A DNA stretch of 64,000 bases. Source: Kiritimatiellia bacterium. Its GTDB lineage: Bacteria; Verrucomicrobiota; Kiritimatiellia; RFP12; UBA1067. Under the pieces are notes generated by a model. That model was not told the DNA's origin. It searched no databases and saw only the letters and a program-made list of their open reading frames with translations. The stretch's first letter is position 1. Every line of letters starts with the position of its first letter. Both the position numbers and the translations under genes were made by a program. Below, in pieces: positions 45,376 through 55,511 of the stretch. The stretch spans positions 1,632,001-1,696,000 of the forward strand of contig JBMNFY010000017.1 in assembly GCA_050949565.1 (NCBI GenBank). Direction: 5' to 3'.

Positions 45376-48300
45376 ATGGCACAGATGCAACACAGAGTTT
45401 TAACTGTCTTGTGTATCGGGGCGCTGGTTGCCGCCTGCGCGTCGGCTGCACCCTTTGCCAAAACCTTCCGTTTCACGCAGCCGGACGGCACGCGGATAGA
45501 GGTGTGGGGTGAGGGCGATGAGTTCCGTGCGGTCTTCGAACATCAAGGCTATACGGTCGTATGGGACGAAGCAACCAAGGCCTATGCCTATGCGCGGCTG
45601 TCGGCGGACGGTACCGAGTTGATACCGACTCAGTTGTTGGTCGGTCGCGATGATCCGGCCCTGAACGGCCTGCCGCAGCATCTGCGTGTCGATCCCGAGG
45701 TGGCCGCCGAGCAGGCGCGGCAGCGGTTCGAGCGCTGGGATGCCGGCATGCAGATCCGGCGTCGTTGGCAGGAGCGCAAGCGTCGGTTGCAACTGCTGCG
45801 CGCGCAGGCGGCCGGAGGGATCTCGGTGATGGCTCCGCCCGGTTTCACTACGACCGGCACCAAGGTCGGGCTCTGCTTGCTGATCGACTTTCCTGACGCA
45901 GAGGCGGTCGTACCGCGCGAGGACGTCCACGAATTCTGCAATGGCGACGGTTACACCGGGTACGGCAACAACGGCTCGGTCAAGGAGTATTTCTACGATG
46001 TGTCCGGCGGATTGTTGACCTATACCAACGTGGTCACTGCATACGTCCGCATGGAAAGGCCGCACAGCTTTTACTGCGACATTTCCAAGGATGCTGGCGA
46101 ACAAGCCAATATCCTGATCAGGGACGCCATCGCGATCTTAAAGGCGCAGCCCAATTACGAAGCCGAGATCCTGCCCACCTTCGAGTCGTTGTCGCTAGAA
46201 GATGAGGGCGAGCTTGTCGCGTGCAACGTCTTTTACGCCGGTAGTAACGGTGGGCGGTGGTCGTATGGCTTGTGGCCCCATTCATGGAGCTTGTATGACG
46301 TGGGGGCGCAGAACCTTGGTAACGACCAAAAAATCTTTAAATACCAGATCACCGACATCGGGGCGGGGCTGGAAATCGGTACTTTCTGTCATGAAAACGG
46401 TCACATGTTGTGTGGATATCCCGACCTCTATGACTATCAATATGACTCAGAGGGGGGGGCCGGCGGGTTCTGCCTGATGAACTCGGGCGGGCACGGCAAC
46501 AACCCGGTTCAGATCTGCGCGTACCTCAAATACGCTTCGGGCTGGGCTGAAATTGAAGAGGTCTCATGGCGGAAATACGTCGAGGCCACCTTGACCGCCA
46601 CGCTTGGCGAGCCCGGCTTCAACAAGTTTTATCGCGTCGTCAAACCGGGTGTGGACACCGAATACTACCTCTTCGAGAACCGCCAGCAGGAGGGACGTGA
46701 TGCCCTCATCCCGGGCTCCGGTATCGCGATCTGGCATATCGACGAGTTGGGAGACCGCGACAACCAGAGTTTGGCCTACAACACCGAGCATAGGAACTAC
46801 GAGTGTACGCTGATGCAGGCTGACAACCTCTGGCATTTCCAGAACAATATGAACAGCGGCGACGAGCAAGACCTGTACTACGAAGGCAATCCCGCATCCG
46901 GCTACCAAAACCGCTTTTCCGATCAGACAGAACCCAGTGCGCACTGGTGGGACGGTACTCCTTCACGGATTAATGCTGAACGGTTTAGCGCCAGCGGTCC
47001 GGTCATGACGTTTGTCTTTCAGGTAGACCCGCCGGATATCGTAACGCCGTCGCAGTTGCCGACGGGCCGGGTCGGGACGCCGTACGAGCTTAAGCTGGGC
47101 GCGACAGGATACGGCGTGCCGTTCGTCTGGGGTGTTTTGGAAGGCTCCTCTCTGCCGCCTTGGCTTAATCTGAGCGAAACCGGGGTGCTTAGCGGCATGC
47201 CCGATACCGAACAGACCGTGCAGTTTGACGTCACGGTGACCGATGCTGGCGGCCAAGCCGACACCAACACCTTCCATCTTGCCATTCTCCCCGCTTGGCA
47301 GGTACCGGTTCTTGAAACGTTTGAAGAATCGCCCGCTAGTTCTTTGTCCGGATGGCAGCAGGAATTTGTGACAAACTCCCTGCGCTGGACGTACCGTAAT
47401 GGTACCACCCATCCGCCGAGCGCCTACCGCGGCACCAACAGTGCGGTCTTGGTTACGGACAATTTTGGACCGTGTGTGACTCGTCTGATCTCGCCGCGTA
47501 TCGTGTTCCCGGCGGATGTCAGGCTCCCGCAGCTTAGTTTCTGGCACGCTATGGCCCCGAAGAGTGTGTTCCAGGATCATCTGCGCGTCTACTACAAGAG
47601 TGCGCACGAGGATGAATGGACCCTGTTGAAGACGTATCTGTCAGCCGTTAACCAGTGGCGGCAGCAGACGATCACCTTGCCGAATCCCTCGGCCACCTAC
47701 TATCTCTGCTTCGAAGGCGTCGCGCGTAATGGTTACGGCGTCCAGATCGACGATGTCCGCGTCGAGGAAGCATACTACCCGTTGGCTTGGCAGACCCCCG
47801 ACCAACTGCCTGACGCTTTCGCCAGAGAGCCGTATCAGTATACCTTGAGCGCGGAAGGCGGGATCGGACCGTACTCCTTCGAGCTGGAGGCGGGGTCGGA
47901 ATTACCGCAAGGGCTTTCGCTGAGTACCAATGGCGTCATCAGCGGAATCGCCTCAAACTTGGAAACCCGCGTGTTTAATGTGGTGCTCACGGATGTCGGC
48001 GATGCTGTGCCGCCGCTCGTGAAAACCTTTACCCTTGAAGTCGCGATGCCGCGTGTGGCACTGTTCAGCGAGACCTTTGAAACGGGTGGCATGACGCCGC
48101 AGCGGTGGATACAGCAGGCCGTGTCCAACACGCTGCTCTGGGCGTTCCAGAATGGCGGCGGCAATGGTGACAGCATCCATCTGCCCGAGCAGGCGTACGA
48201 GGGGGCCGGTAACGCTGTGCTGTGGGATGATCGAAAGATTGACCAAGTGGCCCGCTTGATAACGAAAAACGGTATCAATCTGGGGGCGGCGCCCGCCACG

Positions 48301-49731
48301 CCGCGGCTGGAATTCTGGCACTATATGCGCGAGTTGTTTGACGGCGTATCAACGCAGCAGGATGAGTTGCGTGTGTACGTCAAATCCTCCGCAACGGCAG
48401 ACTGGACGCTACTGGCTACCTATACGAACAACGTGCCTGAGTGGACCCTGCGCACGCTGGACCTGCCCAATCCTTCTACCAACTACTTCTTGGCCTTCGA
48501 GGGTACTTCGCGCTTTGGTCATGGCGTGTGCATTGACAATGTACGCGTGACGGACGGCTCTCTCGCGCCGATCATCACGACGCTTGAGGTGTTGCCGGGT
48601 GCCAATCTTGGCGTGGCGTACACGCAAACGCTGCGGGCCGTCGGCGGTGTCGAGCCGTATACCTGGGAGCTTGTCTCCGGGACGTTGCCTCCGGGATTGT
48701 CGCTGGCCGCAGATGGCGTGCTGGATGGTGTGCCGACAGCGGCGGGACAGAAGGCGGTGACAATCCGCGTGGTTGACGCCATGGGGCTGGCGAGTACCAA
48801 CGCCTTCTCGCTCGCTGTGGCCAACTTCCGTCGCCTGCCTCTGGTAGAAGACTTTGAGGGCAGTTCAGAGCTGCCGCTTGGATGGACACAATCGACTGAG
48901 TACCCCCCTAGCGGTAGGTTGGAGTGGAAAGTCGGAAACGGCAGCCCGTCTGGTACGCCGTCCAGTGCGCACAGCGGAACCCGCAACCTGTGCTTGCAGT
49001 CGATGTCCACAGTTGCACAACGGGTAAGATTGATCTCGCCCACCTTGGACATGGGTGAGAACATGACCGATCCGCAGCTCTCATTCTGGCTGTGTATGGC
49101 ACCCGATAAAGGCCGGGATGAGGTGCGCGTGTTGGTCAAGACCAATGCCGCCGAAGAGGTATGGACGACGATCCTTACGATCAAGACCTCCGTGCCGGCA
49201 TGGAGCAACGTGGTGGTGTCGCTGCCCTCGCCCTCGCCCTCGTACGTCATCGCGTTCGACGGCGTGGCCGAGTGGGGCAAGGGAGTTTGCCTGGATGACA
49301 TCGAGATTACCGGAACCTATGCGTCAACCGGCGGATACACGGCCTGGCAGCTCGATAATTTCGGCCCCGGGATGACCGATGAAGCGATTATCGGCATGAC
49401 TGCTGATCCGGACGGCGATGGCCTCGCGAACTGGCTGGAGTACGCCATGGCACTTGATCCGAACACGCCCGACAGCGAGTTCGCCATGGACGGCGGCGTC
49501 ACGGCTGGATATCTGACGCTCTCCTACCGCAAGAACCCGCTGGCCACCGACGTGATTTTCACCGTCGAGGCATGCGACGATCTGCTGGTTCAGGATTGGA
49601 CAGAGGTGGGTGTTTCGAGTCCGTACCCTGCCGAAGATCACGGCACATGGCTCTGGCACACCTTCCGCCACGATATACCAGTGACCGATGCTCCGCGCCG
49701 CTTCCTGCGGCTGAAGATCTCGATGCCCTAG
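45376..49731 (+). CDS. M6 (immune inhibitor A-like) metalloprotease with Ig-like and MAM-like repeats
   Basis: 'TQPDGT..GDEF' prodomain, 'NNGSVKEYF', HENGH..GYPDLYD zinc motif, 'LPPGLSL..GVL.G.P' Ig repeats, three MAM-like jelly-roll units; ends RRFLRLKISMP. Confidence 0.88.
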   Translation: MAQMQHRVLTVLCIGALVAACASAAPFAKTFRFTQPDGTRIEVWGEGDEFRAVFEHQGYTVVWDEATKAYAYARLSADGTELIPTQLLVGRDDPALNGLPQHLRVDPEVAAEQARQRFERWDAGMQIRRRWQERKRRLQLLRAQAAGGISVMAPPGFTTTGTKVGLCLLIDFPDAEAVVPREDVHEFCNGDGYTGYGNNGSVKEYFYDVSGGLLTYTNVVTAYVRMERPHSFYCDISKDAGEQANILIRDAIAILKAQPNYEAEILPTFESLSLEDEGELVACNVFYAGSNGGRWSYGLWPHSWSLYDVGAQNLGNDQKIFKYQITDIGAGLEIGTFCHENGHMLCGYPDLYDYQYDSEGGAGGFCLMNSGGHGNNPVQICAYLKYASGWAEIEEVSWRKYVEATLTATLGEPGFNKFYRVVKPGVDTEYYLFENRQQEGRDALIPGSGIAIWHIDELGDRDNQSLAYNTEHRNYECTLMQADNLWHFQNNMNSGDEQDLYYEGNPASGYQNRFSDQTEPSAHWWDGTPSRINAERFSASGPVMTFVFQVDPPDIVTPSQLPTGRVGTPYELKLGATGYGVPFVWGVLEGSSLPPWLNLSETGVLSGMPDTEQTVQFDVTVTDAGGQADTNTFHLAILPAWQVPVLETFEESPASSLSGWQQEFVTNSLRWTYRNGTTHPPSAYRGTNSAVLVTDNFGPCVTRLISPRIVFPADVRLPQLSFWHAMAPKSVFQDHLRVYYKSAHEDEWTLLKTYLSAVNQWRQQTITLPNPSATYYLCFEGVARNGYGVQIDDVRVEEAYYPLAWQTPDQLPDAFAREPYQYTLSAEGGIGPYSFELEAGSELPQGLSLSTNGVISGIASNLETRVFNVVLTDVGDAVPPLVKTFTLEVAMPRVALFSETFETGGMTPQRWIQQAVSNTLLWAFQNGGGNGDSIHLPEQAYEGAGNAVLWDDRKIDQVARLITKNGINLGAAPATPRLEFWHYMRELFDGVSTQQDELRVYVKSSATADWTLLATYTNNVPEWTLRTLDLPNPSTNYFLAFEGTSRFGHGVCIDNVRVTDGSLAPIITTLEVLPGANLGVAYTQTLRAVGGVEPYTWELVSGTLPPGLSLAADGVLDGVPTAAGQKAVTIRVVDAMGLASTNAFSLAVANFRRLPLVEDFEGSSELPLGWTQSTEYPPSGRLEWKVGNGSPSGTPSSAHSGTRNLCLQSMSTVAQRVRLISPTLDMGENMTDPQLSFWLCMAPDKGRDEVRVLVKTNAAEEVWTTILTIKTSVPAWSNVVVSLPSPSPSYVIAFDGVAEWGKGVCLDDIEITGTYASTGGYTAWQLDNFGPGMTDEAIIGMTADPDGDGLANWLEYAMALDPNTPDSEFAMDGGVTAGYLTLSYRKNPLATDVIFTVEACDDLLVQDWTEVGVSSPYPAEDHGTWLWHTFRHDIPVTDAPRRFLRLKISMP

Positions 49732-49747
49732 CCGCGCTCTGCGCGGA

Positions 49748-49830
49748 GTTAGTAGGTAGGATTTAGGAGTTAGGAGTTTTTCCACTTCGGCAGACTAAAA
49801 TCCTAAATCCTAAATTTCAAATCCTAAATC
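49748..49830. repeat. Inverted blocks of TCCTAA(A/C) heptamers between convergent genes
   Basis: taggatttaggagttaggagtt ... aatcctaaatcctaaatttcaaatcctaaatcc. Confidence 0.8.
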
Positions 49831-50930
49831 CGCGCGCGGCGCGGAAGTTCGCGTGGCGTGCGGGTGAGCACCTCGCAGCCGTCCTTGGTGACGAGGATCA
49901 CATCTTCAATGCGGATGCCCAGCCGTCCCGGCAGATAGATGCCAGGCTCGACCGTGAGTACCATGCCGGGCGCGAGTTCGGTCGTACACTCTGTGCTGAA
50001 GCTGGGCGATTCGTGCACCTCCAGCCCGAGCCCGTGTCCTAGGCTGTGCCCAAAGTAAGCGCCATATCCGGCCTGCTTGATCACATCGCGCGCCACGGCA
50101 TCAATGGCCTTGCATGGTACGCCGGGACGGATCGCGCGTATTGCCGCGCGGTTGGCGGCCAACACGATCTGGTAGATCTCGCGCCAGAGTGGGGTTGGCG
50201 TTCCGAATGACACGCAGCGGGTCATGTCCGCGCAGACATGGTCCAGTTTCAGCCCCAGATCCACCAGCAGCGGCTGGCCGCGACGCAGCACGGTGTCGTC
50301 CGGCTGATGGTGGCACTCAGCGGCATTGCGTCCCACGCAGGCGATGGCGGGAAAAGCCTCGCCCTGTCCCAGTCGCTCAGCCTCTCGGCGTATGATCGCG
50401 CTGATCTCCCATTCGTTCATGCCGGGCGCAGTCTGTTGCATCGCTTCCGCGAAAAGGCGGTCGTTCGCTGCAATCGCGGCACGCATGCGGCGCTGTTCTT
50501 CCGACGATTTGATGGCGCGCAGACTTTGGATCAACGCGGTGGCGTCGACCCATTCGACATCCGGCAAGGCAGCCTGCAGCTTCAGAAAGCGCGAGGCGGG
50601 CATGGCTCCTTCATAACCGACACGCCGCCAGGCGTGTCCCATCCCCGCCACGACCTCCGGCTCCAGCGCGGGTCGCCAGAGCTCGTGCGTGGGCAGCCAC
50701 GATGCCACACGCCGCGCCATGGTGAGATAACGGAAATCGGTGTAGAAAGCAGGTGGCGCGCCGCGTTCGCTCAGCAGCACACCGTTCGAGGCTATCAGTC
50801 CGGTGAAGTAGAAGCGGTTGATGGGAGTGGTTATCAGCAGGGCGTCGAGCCGTTGCCGCCGCTGCGCGGCGTGCAGCCGCCGCAGGCGGCGCTGAATCTC
50901 GGATGGGGTGAATGGCTTGGGAGTAGGCAT
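49824..50930 (-). CDS. Xaa-Pro aminopeptidase (M24B)
   Basis: 'TDFRY','RAIKS..E','DLG..ADMTR','HSLGHGLGLEVHE','TVEPGIY..GIRIED'. Confidence 0.93.
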   Translation of the reverse strand: MPTPKPFTPSEIQRRLRRLHAAQRRQRLDALLITTPINRFYFTGLIASNGVLLSERGAPPAFYTDFRYLTMARRVASWLPTHELWRPALEPEVVAGMGHAWRRVGYEGAMPASRFLKLQAALPDVEWVDATALIQSLRAIKSSEEQRRMRAAIAANDRLFAEAMQQTAPGMNEWEISAIIRREAERLGQGEAFPAIACVGRNAAECHHQPDDTVLRRGQPLLVDLGLKLDHVCADMTRCVSFGTPTPLWREIYQIVLAANRAAIRAIRPGVPCKAIDAVARDVIKQAGYGAYFGHSLGHGLGLEVHESPSFSTECTTELAPGMVLTVEPGIYLPGRLGIRIEDVILVTKDGCEVLTRTPRELPRRARI

Positions 50931-51001
50931 ACTTGTCACTCGCGTCAACACGTCAATCGTGTCAATCACGTCAAAAAATTGGGTTGCGGACTCTGCCCGC
51001 G

Positions 51002-51940
51002 TTAGATGTTGTCGTCGTCTTGACCCGGATAGCCGGATCGAACTATCGGTTTCGGGGTTCGGTTATAGACCTTGGAGCCGGGCGGTACCGAGTGGATCAG
51101 CCAGACGTTACCACCGATCACGGCGTCGTGCCCGATCACGGTGTCACCGCCTAGGATGGTGGCGCCGGCATAGATCACCACATTGTCCCCAACATCGGGG
51201 TGGCGCTTGGTACCCTTGACGAGCATGCCGGTGGTTTCGTCTTTGGCGAAGCTGAGCGCGCCGAGCGTGACGCCCTGATAGAGCTTGACGCGCCGCCCGA
51301 TGCGGCAGGTTTCGCCGATCACAACGCCGGTGCCATGGTCAATGAAGAAGCCTGGGCCGATGGAGGCGCCGGGATGAATATCGATGCCAGTGCGCGAGTG
51401 CGCGTGCTCACTCATCACGCGCGGGATCAACGGTACGCCCTCCCGGTAGAGCGCATGGGCAATCCGGTGCACGGTAATCGCGTAAAGGCCGGGGTAGCTC
51501 ATCACGACCTCCATGGTCGAGACGGCGGCGGGATCGCCTTCATACGCCGCCTGAATATCCTCTTCCAGCATGTCGCGGATGGCGGGCAGACCATCCAGAA
51601 GCGCTGCCACGGCCTGACGCGCTTTGGCTTCACATTCGCGGCAGTCTTCGCATTTGGCCCGCTTGCAGGCGTATTCGAAGGCACGGTGGGCCTGATCGAA
51701 CAGCCGCAATGCGATGCCGCCTAGTGCGTCCTTGATGTGGTTGCTGCAGGCGTCATGCGCGATTGGCGTCTGTCCGTGACAGCCGGGAAAGAGCACAGCC
51801 AGCAAGGCGTCCAGCACGCCGATCACCGCGCCGGTACCCGGCAGGTTGACGTCGCGTTCGGTGTTGGCGATCGGGCAGTTCTTGCAGGGCGAGAGCGCCT
51901 CGGCCAGCGGGTTGAGGTTTTGTTCCAGCCACTTTTCCAT
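51002..51940 (-). CDS. cysE: Serine O-acetyltransferase
   Basis: 'AAYEGDPAA','YPGLYAI..HRIAH','[23 protein letters not shown]','KRHP'. Confidence 0.93.
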   Translation of the reverse strand: MEKWLEQNLNPLAEALSPCKNCPIANTERDVNLPGTGAVIGVLDALLAVLFPGCHGQTPIAHDACSNHIKDALGGIALRLFDQAHRAFEYACKRAKCEDCRECEAKARQAVAALLDGLPAIRDMLEEDIQAAYEGDPAAVSTMEVVMSYPGLYAITVHRIAHALYREGVPLIPRVMSEHAHSRTGIDIHPGASIGPGFFIDHGTGVVIGETCRIGRRVKLYQGVTLGALSFAKDETTGMLVKGTKRHPDVGDNVVIYAGATILGGDTVIGHDAVIGGNVWLIHSVPPGSKVYNRTPKPIVRSGYPGQDDDNI

Positions 51941-51949
51941 GATGGACTC

Positions 51950-53752
51950 CTAATCGTCTCTTCCGATGCGCACGATTACCTTCGACGCACCGAGGTTTTT
52001 CCAGCCCAGCGCTAGCAATGCGCGCTCGGCAAAGCCGCGGCCCTGGCAGATCAGATCCAAGATACGGATGTTATCTTTGCGGCATAATTCGAGGAAATCC
52101 TTGAGGGTGAAGAGATGGATATTGGGCGTGTTGTACCACTCGAAGGGAAGCTGCTTGCCCTTGGGCATGCGCCCTTTAAGGAGCAGTTCACGCCGCACTT
52201 CAAGGCAGGCGAAGTTCGGGAAAGAGATCACCGCTTCGGGTGCGACACGCAGGATCTGGTGCAAGAGTTCGCGCGGCCGTTTGATCGTCTGTAGCGTTTC
52301 ACTGAGCACGACAATATCGAAGCTGTCGTCCGGGATCATGGACAGGCCGTCGTCGATGTCTTCGAGCAAGATGTCGCAACCCAAGCCGATCGCATTGATG
52401 ACCTGATGGAGGTCGATTTCGACACCGTTGCCCGTGCAGTTCTGGTGCTGATGCAGAATGTTGAGTAGCGAACCATTGCCGCACCCGAGATCCAGCACGC
52501 GACTGCCCGGCGGAACCAGATCAACCACCTTCTGGTAGTGGCGCAACTGCCATTGGCGGATCACGCCGCACTCTGGCGCGTCTTCGGGCGGCAGAAATGC
52601 GCGCATCACGCGCTTCAACTCTTCGACATGGGTCAGAAAGGCATCATGGCCCGCCGTGATTTCGAGATGGCAGTACGAGACCCGTTTTTTCTGGCGCAAC
52701 AGCGCGGTTACGATCTCCTCCGACTGATCGGGCGTGAAGAGCCAGTCGCCGCTCAGCGAGACGATCAGCACACGCGCATCGACCTTTTCAAAGGCGGCTT
52801 CAAGGCTACCGTAGCTCTCCTCGATATCGTACTCATCCATGGCCAGCGTGATGTGCAGGTAGGAGTTGGCGTCAAAACGCTGAATGAACTTCTCGCCCTG
52901 GTGCTGCAAATAGCTCTCGACCTGGAAGAAGGTGCCGAAATTGCGGTCGATGGCATCGCGGAATTCTGAGTCGGCGGCCAACCACTCCGGACGTTTGTCG
53001 CGGCCGAACTTGGCTTTCATGAGTTGCTGTGAGAGGTAAGTGATGTGGGCCAACTTGCGTGCGCTGGAAAGCCCCATACTGGGCAGGCTCTCACGGTCGT
53101 AGTAATCTCCCGCGTTCCAGTTGGGATCCGCGACGATTGCATGGCGGCCGACGATGTCAAAGGCGAGCGCCTGCGAATTGAGGCTGGCGGCCGAGGCGAC
53201 CACAATCCCTTTGTCAATTTCGTCGGGATAGCGGATCAGCCATTCGAGCACCTGCATGCCGCCAAAGCTGCCGCCGATCACTGCCGCGAGCCGCGTGATG
53301 CCGATCTGTTGCAGGCAGAGGCGGTGCACTTCAACAATATCGCCCACCGTGATTTTAGGGAAAGCCGAGCCGTAGGGCTTGCCGGTTTCCGGATTGATCG
53401 AAGAGGGGCCGGTCGTGCCTTTGCAGCCGCCGAGAATGTTGGCGCAGACGACCTGATAGCGTTGCGTGTCGATGCCCTTTCCTGGACCGACCATGCCTTC
53501 CCACCACCCCGAGGGTTGGGTCTCGCCCGGCCGCACACCGGCTACGTGGGCATCGCCGGTGAGCGCGTGACAAACAAAGACCACGTTGTCGTTGGCGGCA
53601 GTGATCGCGCCGCAACGCTCGAACGTCACTTCGATTTCAGGCAATACGCCGCCCTTCTCAAGCTTGAAGCCTCCCGGCGGGAGTTTCAACTTGAGAGTCT
53701 GCGGCACGACAATTTCAGCCGTAGGTTTAGAGTGTTGTGTGTCCTTGAGCAC
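51950..53752 (-). CDS. metX: Homoserine O-acyltransferase MetX fused to MetW methyltransferase-like domain
   Basis: 'CHALTGDAH','GGSFGGMQ','RFDANSY','GHDAFL' followed in frame by 'GSRVLDLGCGNG..ISFPNF..LPFEWYNTPNIH' (MetW). Confidence 0.93.
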   Translation of the reverse strand: MLKDTQHSKPTAEIVVPQTLKLKLPPGGFKLEKGGVLPEIEVTFERCGAITAANDNVVFVCHALTGDAHVAGVRPGETQPSGWWEGMVGPGKGIDTQRYQVVCANILGGCKGTTGPSSINPETGKPYGSAFPKITVGDIVEVHRLCLQQIGITRLAAVIGGSFGGMQVLEWLIRYPDEIDKGIVVASAASLNSQALAFDIVGRHAIVADPNWNAGDYYDRESLPSMGLSSARKLAHITYLSQQLMKAKFGRDKRPEWLAADSEFRDAIDRNFGTFFQVESYLQHQGEKFIQRFDANSYLHITLAMDEYDIEESYGSLEAAFEKVDARVLIVSLSGDWLFTPDQSEEIVTALLRQKKRVSYCHLEITAGHDAFLTHVEELKRVMRAFLPPEDAPECGVIRQWQLRHYQKVVDLVPPGSRVLDLGCGNGSLLNILHQHQNCTGNGVEIDLHQVINAIGLGCDILLEDIDDGLSMIPDDSFDIVVLSETLQTIKRPRELLHQILRVAPEAVISFPNFACLEVRRELLLKGRMPKGKQLPFEWYNTPNIHLFTLKDFLELCRKDNIRILDLICQGRGFAERALLALGWKNLGASKVIVRIGRDD

Positions 53753-53954
53753 GTTCCTTTCGCAAAGAGGTTAAAATAACATGCGTCCCCCTCTTGTGCC
53801 AGTGCAAACTGATTCCGTGTCGCGCGCGGTTTATCGGTCCTAGGTAAAATTTAACAGTTTTCTTACCAAAATAACGTGTTCGCCTAACGAGAATAAGGTT
53901 CACTGTACGTCTGGCGGGGATATGGCGAGAGTGTTGGAAAAGAGGATGGTTAAA

Positions 53955-55358
53955 ATGAGGGGTACCGTGCTTACACAAAGACTTGGGCTGTTGGTAATCT
54001 TTTGTTTGGTCACGCTGGGCACAACGGGCGCAAGGTGTGCCGAGACGTTGCCCAAGTACATCTTTCTTTTTATCGGGGACGGTATGGCCGAGACGCATGT
54101 GCGGGCCACGGAGTGTTATTTTAAAGATGCTCAGGTTCAGAGAGGTCTTGCCGCTGAAAAGGTAGCGGGGCTGACCATGCTGACGTTGCCGATGCGGGGC
54201 AGGGCGACGACCTTTGCAAAAGACAACGTGGTGACTGATTCAGCGGCTTCGGCTACGGCCTTTTCGTCGGGCTACAAGACCGATAACGGCGTGCTGAACA
54301 TCGATCTTGAAACGGAGCGCAAATTTGATGTCATGGCGCAATTTGTGAAGCGTCACGGCATGAAAGTGGGCATCATTTCAAGTGCTGCGCCGAACCATGC
54401 CACGCCCGCCGGTTTTTATGCCCATGCGAAAAGCAGAAACATGTATCCTGAGATCGCCATGCAGTTGGCGGCATCCGCTCTTGATTATGTGGGCGGCCCG
54501 CCCGTGTTGGGTGCCGAAGGCACGGATGACAAAGCTACGGATGCCAAGGCGAGGGAAGCTGCTTTGCAGAACGGGTACACGGTTGTGGAAGACCGCAAGA
54601 GCTTCGATGCTCTGAAGCCCGGCGTGCAGCGCATTTGGGTCAGGAGCGCCATGCCGTTGGCCATCGATGGCAAGCATGAGATTCCGCTGGCGGATCATGT
54701 GAGCAAGGCGATCGAGTTGTTAGCGGGGCCGGAAGGTTTCTTCATGATGGTCGAGGGGGCGGCCATCGATTGGGCCAGCCACTCCAATGACGGTGCCGCC
54801 ATGGTGCAGGAGTTGCTGGAGTTCGACCGTGCCATAGCCAGGGCAATCGAGTTTTACCGAGCACGGCCCGACGAGGTTTTAATTGTCGTGACGGCGGACC
54901 ACGAGTGCGGCGGGCTGTCGCTGATTGAGGGGCGGCTCACTGCGCCCGGCATGAGCAAGATTCTGGACGGCCAGAAAAAGTCGCGGAATGCCTCGGTCGA
55001 CATGTTCGAGACATTCGAGAAAGAAAAGATCTCGTTTGACGAGGCGCTGCCGCAGATGAAGGCGTTTTTCGGCATACAGTATCTGAGCGATGAGGAGTTG
55101 GCGGAGTGCCGTAAAATCTTCAAAAAGGGCGGCGGTGCGCAGGGGCAATACGCGTATGGCGACGAGCGCAGAATCAGCCTGTTCTGGTCGCGCCTCGTCA
55201 GTGCCCGGGCAGGACTCATTTGGGGTAGCTTGAACCATACCGCCGACCCCGTCCCGGTTTATGCGGTCGGTGCGCAGGCGGCGCGCTTTGCCGGCAATAG
55301 CGACAACGCGCTGATCGGCCGCTATATCCGCGATCTTATATCGGAGAGGAAGAAGTAA
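53955..55358 (+). CDS. Alkaline phosphatase
   Basis: 'FLFIGDGM','TDSAASATA','HATPAGF','MVEGAAIDWASHSND','VTADHECGG'; signal peptide. Confidence 0.93.
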   Translation: MRGTVLTQRLGLLVIFCLVTLGTTGARCAETLPKYIFLFIGDGMAETHVRATECYFKDAQVQRGLAAEKVAGLTMLTLPMRGRATTFAKDNVVTDSAASATAFSSGYKTDNGVLNIDLETERKFDVMAQFVKRHGMKVGIISSAAPNHATPAGFYAHAKSRNMYPEIAMQLAASALDYVGGPPVLGAEGTDDKATDAKAREAALQNGYTVVEDRKSFDALKPGVQRIWVRSAMPLAIDGKHEIPLADHVSKAIELLAGPEGFFMMVEGAAIDWASHSNDGAAMVQELLEFDRAIARAIEFYRARPDEVLIVVTADHECGGLSLIEGRLTAPGMSKILDGQKKSRNASVDMFETFEKEKISFDEALPQMKAFFGIQYLSDEELAECRKIFKKGGGAQGQYAYGDERRISLFWSRLVSARAGLIWGSLNHTADPVPVYAVGAQAARFAGNSDNALIGRYIRDLISERKK

Positions 55359-55370
55359 TCCTAAAAAGAT

Positions 55371-55438
55371 GGTTTTTCATGAAGTTTCATGTGTTTCATG
55401 GTTAAAAAACTCAAAACCCAGAAACCAGAACCAGAAAA
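55371..55438. repeat. Short tandem-repeat modules
   Basis: ttttcatgaagtttcatgtgtttcatggtt (identical to the module in the 57-kb mosaic) followed by GAAACCA-type units. Confidence 0.8.
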
Positions 55439-55511
55439 AGCTATCCCATCCAGCCGCGATACGGTACCCTGTCCACGTTTGATAAGTATCTGCGTGTAAG
55501 AGGGAAGATCC

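Noticed and set aside
46452-46459. G8 run in the M6 protease gene as a phase-variation site
   Set aside because: The gene is in frame and the run encodes a Gly-rich motif (EGGAGG); no evidence of slippage.
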